Made by a program: the position numbers and the translations under genes | Assembly (NCBI RefSeq): GCF_964204645.1 | Contig: NW_027437465.1 | Span: 1-64,000 of the forward strand | Direction of reading: 5' to 3' | Length of the DNA: 64,000 bases | Source: Tubulanus polymorphus | Taxonomy: Eukaryota > Animalia > Nemertea | Notes under the pieces: model-generated | Database searches by the model: none | What the model was told of the DNA's origin: nothing | The model's input: the letters and a program-made list of their open reading frames with translations, nothing else | Shown here: positions 55,501 through 63,627 of the stretch, in pieces | How the letters are laid out: each line of letters starts with the position of its first letter | Position numbering within the stretch: the stretch's first letter is position 1

Positions 55501-57418
55501 CGATGCGCGAAAGCGCTCAAATCGACGGGAAAAGCACATTTCGACCCGAAAACGTCGTTCAGCGCGAGAAAAGACGTTTTCTCATCAAATTCTCCCCGTA
55601 TCGGAAAAACGAAAATGTCGATGCGCGAAAGCGCTCAAATCGACGGGAAAAGCACATTTCCACCCGAAAACGTCGTTCAGCGCGAGAAAAGACTCTTTCT
55701 CATCAAATTCTCCCCGTATCGGAAAAACGAAAATGTCGATGCGCAAAAGCGCTCAAATCGACGGGAAAAGCTCATTTCGACCCGAAAACATCGTTCAGCG
55801 CGAGATAAGCAGTTTTCTCATCAAATTCTCCCCGTATCGGAAAAATGAAAATGTCGATGCGCCAAAGATGCGCCCAAATCGACGGGAAAAGCACATTTCG
55901 ACCCGAAAACGTCGTTCAGCGCGAGAAAAGACGTTTTCTCATCAAATTCTCCCCGTATCGGAAAAAACGAAAATATCGATGCGCCAGAAAAGCGCTCAAA
56001 TCGACGGGAAAAGCACATTTCGACCCGAAAACGTCGTTCAGCGCGAGAAAAGACGTTTTCTCATCAAATTCTCCCCGTATCGGAAAAATGAAAATGTCGA
56101 TGCAAAACGTCGTTCAGCGCGAGAAAAGACTTTTTCTCATCAAATTCTCCCCGTATCGGAAAAACGAAAATGTCGATGCGCGAAAGCGCTCAAATCGACG
56201 GGAAAAGCACATTTCGACCCGAAAACGTCGTTCAGCGCGAGAAAAGCAGTCTTCTCATCAAATTCTCCCAGTATCGGAAAAATGAAAATGTCGATGCGCC
56301 AGAAAAGCGCTCAAATCGACGGGAAAAGCACATTTCGACCCGTAAAACGTCGTTCAGCGCGAGAAAATAATTTTTCTCATCAAATTCTCCCCGTATCGGA
56401 AAAACGAAAATGTCGATGCGCGAAAGCGCTCAAATCGACGGGAAAAGCACATTTCGACCCGAAAACGTCGTTCAGCGCGAGATAAGCAGTTTTCTCATCA
56501 AATTCTCCCCGTATCGGAAAAATGAAAATGTCGATGCGCCAAAAAAGCGCCCAAATCGACGGGAAAAACACATTTCGACCCGAAAACGTCGTTCAGCGCG
56601 AGAAAAGACGTTTTCTCATCAAATTCTCCCAGTATCGGAAAAATGAAAATGTCGATGCGCCAGAAAAGCGCTCAAATCGACGGGAAAAGCACATTTCGAC
56701 CCGAAAACGTCGTTCAGCGCGAGAAAAGTCGTTTGCTCATCAAATTCTCCCCGTATCGGAAAAACGAAAATGTCGATGAGCGAAAGCGCTCAAATCGACG
56801 GGAAAAGCACATTTCGACCCGAAAACGTCGTTCAGCGCGAGAAAAGACATTTTCTCATCAAATTCTCCCCGTATCCGAAAAATGAAAATGTCGATGCGCG
56901 AAAGCGCTCAAATCGACGGGAGAAGGACATTTCGACCCGAAAACGTCGTTCAGCGCGAGAAAAGACGTTTTCTCATCAAATTCTCCCCGTAGCGGAAAAA
57001 CGAAAATGTCAATGCGCCAGAAAAGCGCTCAAATCGACAGGAAAAGCACATTTCGACCCGAAAACGTCGTTCAGCGCGAGAAAAGACGTTTTCTCATCAA
57101 ATTCTCCCCGTATCGGAAAAATGAAAATGTCGATGCGCCAGAAAAGCGCTCAAATCGACGGGAAAAGCACATTTCGACCCGAAAACGTCGTTCAGCGCGA
57201 GAAAAGACGTTTTCTCATCAAATTCTCACTTTATCGGAAAAATGAAAATGTCGATGCGCGAAAGCGCTCAGATCGACGGGAAAAGCACATTTCGACCCGA
57301 AAACATCGTTCAGTGCGAGAAAAGACCTTTTCTCATCAAATTCTCCCCGTATCGGAAAAACGAAAATGTCGATGCGCGAAAGCGCTCAGATCGACGGGAA
57401 AAGCACTTTTCGACCCGA
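43551..57418 (+). repeat. Satellite domain C: diverged edge domain with 76-bp deletion monomers and 1149/1510/1828/2262-bp duplications
   Basis: More private substitutions; 11 copies of a GATGC/AAAACG deletion junction. ORF offsets 1510 (45534/47044), 1149 (47220/48369), 1828 (51643/53471), 2262 (53471/55733) and 4090 (50530/54620). Confidence 0.8.
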
Positions 57419-57600
57419 GTAATAGGGATAATAGGCTTTCAGATCAAAGGTTGAAGGGTCGAGCTCGTAAAAAATGAAAATAACAAGTTGAAGTTGAAGT
57501 CGCGCACACTCCTAATTCAACTTTTAATTATTGTTATTTTCATTTTTTACTCACTCGCCCCTTCAACCTTTAACCTGAAAGCCTATTATCCCTATTACTC
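57417..57600. repeat. 184-bp imperfect palindrome (70-bp inverted arms, 64/70 matches, 44-nt spacer with an inner 8-bp stem)
   Basis: Left arm 57417-57486 GAGTAATAGGGATAATAGGCTTTCAGatcAAAGGTTGAAGGGtCGAGctcGTAAAAAATGAAAATAACAA is the reverse complement of 57531-57600 with 6 mismatches. Inner stem AAGTTGAA (57491-57498) / TTCAACTT (57516-57523). Confidence 0.95.
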
Positions 57601-57846
57601 TTAAAATAATCATATACATGAATAACATTTAAATTGACAGATTATTCAATATAAAAGTGTAAGCTCTTATAGAATAGATATATAGATATATTTACAACAT
57701 TATTTCAATATTTATATTTGCATGAGTTAGATTTTTAAACATTAAAAGTGTTAGTAAAGTGTGATTGAAATAATACATACTAAAATCATTGAACTTCTAA
57801 AATCAATTTAAAAAAAAAATTTAGTATTAAAATGGAAGCAAATAAG

Positions 57847-58074
57847 TACTACTGTCCAACATGTAATATCAATATAGATAAATCCCAAAAAGCAAGACAC
57901 AATAAAACTAAAACACATTTAGAGAATAAATTGAAACTAGAATATAAAGATGATATATTAGAAACTAAATTAGATGAATTAAAGAATGAAAAAGAAATAT
58001 ATAAATGTGATACATGTAATCTATCATTCAGTGATAAAAGATATTATAAAGAACATTTAAAATCTAAAAGCCAT
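57847..58074 (+). other. Two C2H2 (U1/matrin-like spacing) zinc fingers at the pPolB N-terminus
   Basis: CPTC-x11-H-x5-H and CDTC-x12-H-x5-H (HNKTKTH, HLKSKSH). Confidence 0.8.
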
Positions 58075-58683
58075 ATTAGAAATAAGAATAATGATATTTT
58101 AGGTGTAGATTATTTTGATAAAGATAATGATAAGAAACAGAAGACAATTAAAAACATAAAAAATAAATTAAACAATAAAAGACCATACATGGAAGATGTA
58201 AGAAAATATATTAATTTATTGGATAATAAAAAAGATATAGAGATAACCGAAGCATTTAAAAGTGATATTGGCCCAGCAGCTATCGAGTTTAAATTTCATA
58301 AAGGAAAAACATTAGAAGAAAATAAAAAACATTTAGCAAATATGAAAGAAATAATGAAAATAATAACTGATGTTGAATATCCTAAAATTAGTATATCAGT
58401 TAAAGTAAAGTTTATAAAATCTGAAGATAAACCAATATATAATATAAATTCTCATTCACAACATATTATATATAAACAACATATAGATGATAAATTAGAT
58501 AAATGTTATAATAAAGTAAAAACTAAAATAGAAGAGAAATATTTTGAAGGATCTGCTTTAATATTTGATGAAATAATATTTATGACTTTACATGTTTATA
58601 ACACAAAATATAATAAGTTAACTAAATCAAAACCAATTGATGAAAATAATTTATCATATTATAAAGAACCAGATATTGAAGCA

Positions 58684-59055
58684 TCGAGTTATATTAAACT
58701 ACCATTTAATACTAATGCTGTAATAAATGTACAAAATGAAGATGATAAATGTTTTCTATGGACAATTATAAGTTGTTTACATCCTGCAACTTATAATATT
58801 TGTAGATAAACTCATTATAAACCATTTGAAAATAATTATAAGATAGATAAGTATCCTGTTATAATTAAAAACATCCCAAAAATAGAAAGAGATAATAATA
58901 TAAAGATAAATGTATTTGATTTAATCAAATTGCCAAATACAAAAGGTAACAATATAAAACATTATACATTAGAACCTTTATACCTATCAAAAGATTATGA
59001 TTCAAACGATGTTATAGGTATACTATATTATGAGAATCATTATATGTGGATTAAA
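58684..59055 (+). other. OTU-like cysteine protease domain within pPolB (interrupted by TAA at 58807)
   Basis: SSYIKLP..INVQNEDDKCFLW (Cys 58750-58752). Reading through the stop gives YPV..IPKIERDNNIKINVF and LYYENHYMWIK (His 59038-59040), the motif set of Polinton pPolB N-terminal regions. Confidence 0.65.
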
Positions 59056-59100
59056 CAAATAGATTTATTCTTTAGAACAGAAAGTGATCACCATAATAAA

Positions 59101-59114
59101 ATATATATATATAT
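59101..59114. repeat. (AT)7 microsatellite causing a pPolB frameshift
   Basis: The frame changes between ..HHNKIY and YICRKCLHRF exactly within this tract. Confidence 0.85.
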
Positions 59115-59622
59115 GTAGAAAATGTTTACATAGATTCAGTAATGAAAGTACATTATTAAATCATAAACAATTATGTGAAAATCATGATTATTGTAAATTA
59201 GTTTTACCAAATGAAAAAGAAAAAATATTAGAATTAAAAAAATATGATTACAAAAATAAAGTTCCATTTGTTATATATGGAGATTTTGAATCATTAAATA
59301 AAGAATAAACTGATCAAGAAAAGAAATATATTATAAAAGAAAGAAATTAAATTCTAATGAAAATGATTATTCTGAAGCACCACCAAAAACAAATACTATT
59401 AAAAAGATTCATCAATCAGCTGCTGCTTTCGGGTTATATATTAAATCTGATTATCCGGAACTAATTAAAAGTGAATATTATCATTATAGAAATGAAAATG
59501 TTATCAATCATTTTTGTGACTTATTAATTGAATATGAAATAAGATTTAGTAAATTATTGAATACAAATTTAGAAATTATAATGACAGAAGAAGATAAAGA
59601 AGAATTTGCGTTTGCAGATAAA

Positions 59623-59724
59623 TGTTATTATTGTGAAAAGATATTTGATTATAAAGATAAAAAAGTAAGAGACCATGATCATTTGAACGGAAAGTTTAGA
59701 GGCGCTGCACATGAGAATTGTAAC
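59623..59724 (+). other. Endonuclease VII/HNH-like module inserted between ExoI and ExoII of pPolB
   Basis: CYYC-x11-RDHDHLNGKFRGAAHENCN matches the CxxC...DHxHxxGxxRGxxxxxCN pattern. Confidence 0.8.
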
Positions 59725-61881
59725 TTACAAGCTAAGAAAATTAATTTTGTACCAGTTATATTTCATAATCTATCAGGATATGATGCACATTTATTCATCA
59801 AACAGTTATGCCATAAAATAGAAGAAATTAATAACGAAATAGAAAGATTAAATTCAAATAGATCAAAAGATAAAATACCAACTTATAAATTTAGAATGTT
59901 AGCTAAAACATCTGAGAATTATATATCATTCCAATTTGGTTGTCTAAGATTTATAGATTCATATAGATTTTTAAATAGTTCATTAGATAACTTATCAAAA
60001 TCATTAGTTGATGATGAATTAAAAATATTAAAGCAACACTACCCAAATAATGATGATTTTCAATTAATGAGATATAAAGGCGCAATTCCATATTCATTTT
60101 ATAAATCACATAATGATTTTAATATAACTGAATTATTAAAAGAACAATTCTATGATGAATTAAAAAATGAATATGTTAAAGATGAAGTATATAATAGAAC
60201 ATTGAATATTTGGAATCCTTTTAGAATGAAAAATCATGGACAATTAGTAGATTTATATTTAAAATCAGATGTATTATTATTAACCGATATATTCGAAAGG
60301 TTTAGAGATGTAAACCTAAAATATTTCAATATTGATCCTTGTCATTGTTATTCATCACCAGGTTTAACATGGGATTGTGGAGTAAAATTTGCAGATATAA
60401 AAATGGATTTGTTAACAAATATAGATCAATTATTATTATTTGAAAAATCTATAAGAGGAGGAGTTTCAGGTGTATTAGGCGATAGATATTTCAATGTAAA
60501 TGATAACCCTGGATATAAGTTATTATATATAGATGCAAATAATTTGTATGGTTGGGCAATGATGGAACCACAACCTTATGGAGTATTTGAAATAAGTGAA
60601 GTTTTACAACAGGAAAACAATGATAAATTTGATTGGAAGAAAAGAATCCTAGATATTGCAGATGATTCAGATACTGGTTACTTTTTTGTTGTAGATTTAG
60701 AATATCCTGAACATATTAAATTTAAATCTAGAAATCTAGCATACTGTCCAGAACATAAAACTGTAACTCATGAAGAATTATCAAATTATCAAAAAAGAAT
60801 TAAACCCGAAAATCATATTCGTACAGAAAAGTTAATGGTAACTCAGGAAGATAAATCTAATTATGTAGTACATTATAGAATGTTGAAGTTTTATTTGAAT
60901 CAAGGAATGGTTCTAAAAAAGTACATAGATATATTTCATTTAGTCAATCTAAGTGGTTAGAAAAATATATAGATTTTAACACCAAACAGAGAACTAAAGC
61001 TAAAATTGATTTCGAAAAAGATTTCTTCAAGTTAATGAATAATGCATTCTATGGTAAGACTTGTGAAAATATTAGAAATAGAAATGATATTGAGTTAGTT
61101 AGTAATGGTAAAAGGATAAGGCATTTACAATCATATCCCAAGTTTTTAGGTAACAGAATATTTGATGAAAATTTAGCCGCAGTTAAGATGAGAAGAACAT
61201 CAATGAAACTTAATAACCAATCTGTGTTGGAGCATCAGTTTTAGAATTATCAAAATTACTAATGTATGAATTCTATTATAATGTATTACAACCACTTTTT
61301 GGAGAAAAACATATAGAAATATTATATTTTGATACCGATTCTTACATATTAAAGATAAAAACTGATAACATAACAGATGATTTAAAAACATTAAAACATC
61401 ATTTTGATTTTAGTAACTATCCTAAAGATCATGAATTGTTTAGCAATGATATTAAAAAAGTTCCCGGTAAATTCAAAGATCAATTAGGTGGTGAAGAAAT
61501 GATAGAGTTCATAGGTATTAGATCTAAAATGTATTCATATAAAACTAAAGAACATGAAGCTAAAAAGTCAAAAGGAATAACCAAAAGTGTAGTAGAAAAG
61601 AATATTCATTTCAAAGATTACATCAATGAAGAAGTTAGAAAACATAAAATGAGATGTTTAAGATCTGAAGATCATGAAATGTTTATTGAAGAAATTGAAA
61701 AGATAAGTCTAAACCCATTTGATGATAAAAGATATATTCTGGATGATGGAATTCATACAGTTGCTTATGGTTGTAATTTAGATGAATACTTAAAATTTAA
61801 AAGAGAAGAAACAAAAGAGAACGAGATAATGAAAAGAATTCTAACGTGTTAATCAAATTTTGATAAAAATATGTATTATAA

Positions 61882-62235
61882 ATGGAGAGTAAACAAACAC
61901 ACAGTGAGAACAACAAATTATTTCTAGATAGAATTAAAGATATCACAAATGTAAAATCTGTAGATTATAAATTCAAAAAGTTAACAGAATTAACAATCCA
62001 TAAGAAATATCTAATTACAGATATTGTTACAGTTACTAATAACTATGGAGATAAATTAGTTATACACTTAGAATATGAACGATTAAAAGGAAATACATAT
62101 AAATTCAGAACATATTTACCAGATAGATTTCATAGATTATCAAGTGAAGATTTTGAAGAATTATGTTCTGGTGATTTCTATTTCGTATACAAAGGTAAGA
62201 ATGAAAAAGGGCACCATGAAATAGATTTCGAATAA
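61882..62235 (+). CDS. 117-aa hypothetical viral protein, possibly an OB-fold ssDNA-binding protein
   Basis: Intact ORF 29 bp after pPolB with an ATAAATG start. Alternating beta-strand pattern FKKLTEL..YLI..NYGDKLVIHL..YLPDRF..FVYKG. Function is inference. Confidence 0.65.
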   Translation: MESKQTHSENNKLFLDRIKDITNVKSVDYKFKKLTELTIHKKYLITDIVTVTNNYGDKLVIHLEYERLKGNTYKFRTYLPDRFHRLSSEDFEELCSGDFYFVYKGKNEKGHHEIDFE

Positions 62236-62249
62236 ATTATGTAAAATAA

Positions 62250-63008
62250 ATGGTGGAATTAAAAGAATACAGAATATTTGTTGATTCAAGAAAACTTACA
62301 AATTATAAATCTCATAATTTACTAGTTCAATTAGATAGAGAATTTAAGAATTGTGTAGATTTGAAATTAGTAAATATAAGTTTATGTAATTCTTTTTATA
62401 ATATATCGGATAAAACTATTGGAGATAATACTGTTTTAATTCATATTAGAAATGTAGATAATTGGTTTCATCTAATTTTAAAACCAGGATTATATAATTT
62501 AGAAACATTAGCTCAAGAAATTAATCGAAGAGCACGGTTGAAAATTAGAAGAGATGATAAATTTTTAATTAGATTTATAAAAAGTGATAGCACAAATAAA
62601 ATTAAAATAAAGGTATATGATGAAAGTCAACATGCATTTATGGTAAAAAAACCTATAGCTAAACTGTTAGGAATTGTACCAGATACTGTTACAGGAAACG
62701 TAGATGGTAATTCAAATATAATACCTTTTACACACTTTTATATTTATTGCAATTTAATCGATCCTACAAAAACTTTCGAAGCAACTAAAGATATAACTTG
62801 TAATTCTGGTTTACTAAACATTTTACCATTGAAGAATGTTAACTAATTTGGAACGCAAATAAATTATAATTTAACAGAATGTGATTTCAAACTATGCATT
62901 CCTCGTTTTAATAATTTTAGATTAGAAATTAGAAATCATAATGGATACTTAATTGATTTAAATAATTTCCCTGTAATTTATGAATTAGTTATAAGATGTA
63001 GAGAGTAA
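62250..63008 (+). pseudogene. Minor capsid protein (penton, single jelly-roll), 252 codons with one in-frame TAA at 62844
   Basis: IFVDS, NSFYNI, LKPGLYNLETLAQEIN, LLG, YIYCNLI, LLNILP. Reading through the stop gives FGTQINYN..FNNFRLEIRNHNGYLIDLNNFPVIYELVIR, a typical Polinton penton C-terminus, ending at TAA 63006-63008. Confidence 0.8.
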
Positions 63009-63024
63009 TTTTTTCATTATATAA

Positions 63025-63381
63025 ATGAATATAACTGTTGGACCGAGTATATGTTTTGGGTTTGATTTTAAACGTGAGAAAGAAATGAAATTTAACGTTA
63101 ATGATGTAATTACACATATCAAAAATATTACATTTTCTAATGAAACAACATTTGAGTATGAAACAACAATAGATCAAGAAACTTTAAATGTAGAAAAGAT
63201 TACTAATTTAATTAGAGAATCTTTAAGATTTTATGAATTAGATGAAGATTTTATCATCGATGATATCAAAAAAATAATAATTGAAATATATACAAATGAA
63301 ACTAGTAATGAAATAAATGTTGAATTAATCATAAATAAGATAACTAAATATTTTGATGATAGTAATTTTTTTGATAAATAA
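63025..63381 (+). CDS. 118-aa acidic hypothetical protein
   Basis: Intact ORF filling the gap between neighbouring genes, ATAAATG start; its stop abuts the next ATG. No recognisable motif. Confidence 0.55.
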   Translation: MNITVGPSICFGFDFKREKEMKFNVNDVITHIKNITFSNETTFEYETTIDQETLNVEKITNLIRESLRFYELDEDFIIDDIKKIIIEIYTNETSNEINVELIINKITKYFDDSNFFDK

Positions 63382-63603
63382 ATGAGTGATAATAAGTGGA
63401 TAATAACTGGATGATATAATGGAGCATTACTATCAGTTGGAACTGTTGGTTATTCAATGGTATTAAAAAAAGTATTTAAAATGGGAAGTGTTAATGTTGA
63501 TAGATTTGATATAAATGATATTTTAAAATTAACATTAGCAGTTACTTTATCTAATTTAACTATTGATTATTTAGAAAAACAAAAATATATTACTCCCATA
63601 TAA
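63382..63603 (+). pseudogene. 73-codon small hydrophobic protein with an in-frame TGA at 63412 (not in the ORF track)
   Basis: MSDNKWIITG*YNGALLSVGTVGYSMVLKKVFKMGSVNVDRFDINDILKLTLAVTLSNLTIDYLEKQKYITPI; two hydrophobic segments; bounded by ATAAATG on both sides. Confidence 0.65.
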
Positions 63604-63627
63604 ATGCATAATTACTTTACTAAATAA

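Larger units (their letters stand above)
1..57418 (+). repeat. Tandem satellite DNA array, 118-bp monomer (variants of 76, 115, 119-122 bp), ~480 head-to-tail copies; candidate centromeric/pericentromeric satellite
   Basis: Monomer 112-229: ATGTCGATGCGCAAAAGCGCTCAAATCGACGGGAAAAGCACATTTCGACCCGAAAACGTCGTTCAGCGCGAGAAAAGACGTTTTCTCATCAAATTCTCCCCGTATCGGAAAAACGAAA. It repeats without strand switch or foreign insertion up to ...CACTTTTCGACCCGA at 57418. A centromeric role is inference only. Confidence 0.98.
57832..61852 (+). pseudogene. Protein-primed family B DNA polymerase (pPolB), ~1340 aa when reconstructed, with 2 nonsense codons and 4 frameshifts
   Basis: ExoI YGDFES (~59276-59293), ExoII FHNLSGYD (59761-59784), ExoIII YLKSDV (~60256), motif A YIDANNLYG (~60526-60552), motif B KLMNNAFYGK (61029-61058), motif C YFDTDS (61325-61342), KMY and KSKG. 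Lesions: TAA 58807, (TA)n slip 59101-59114, TAA 59306, frameshift ~59315-59345, -1 in A-run 60915-60920, -1 at ~61215. Confidence 0.92.

Noticed and set aside
1-57418. CRISPR array or CRISPR-like repeat/spacer system
   Set aside because: No unique spacers; variation is limited to point variants and a 4-nt loop; no cas genes; eukaryotic context.
57423-57440. Resemblance to the I-SceI site (TAGGGATAACAGGGTAAT) and to telomeric TAGGG
   Set aside because: Only 13/18 matches, and there are no tandem telomeric repeats; coincidental.
112-57477. Hundreds of ORFs up to 1625 aa in the ORF track
   Set aside because: They are translations of the satellite in all three frames; indels are frame-indifferent and there is no sign of codon-level constraint.
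57832-61852. Six separate genes, or programmed frameshifting, in the pPolB region
   Set aside because: The fragments are collinear parts of one polymerase, and the number and variety of lesions indicate pseudogenisation or sequence error.
61200-63177. Minus-strand ORFs 61200-61391 and 62989-63177
   Set aside because: Short antisense shadows of + strand genes with no motifs.
58807-63414. Alternative genetic code explaining in-frame stops
   Set aside because: TAA also ends every gene, both TAA and TGA interrupt genes, and frameshifts co-occur; decay is the simpler explanation.
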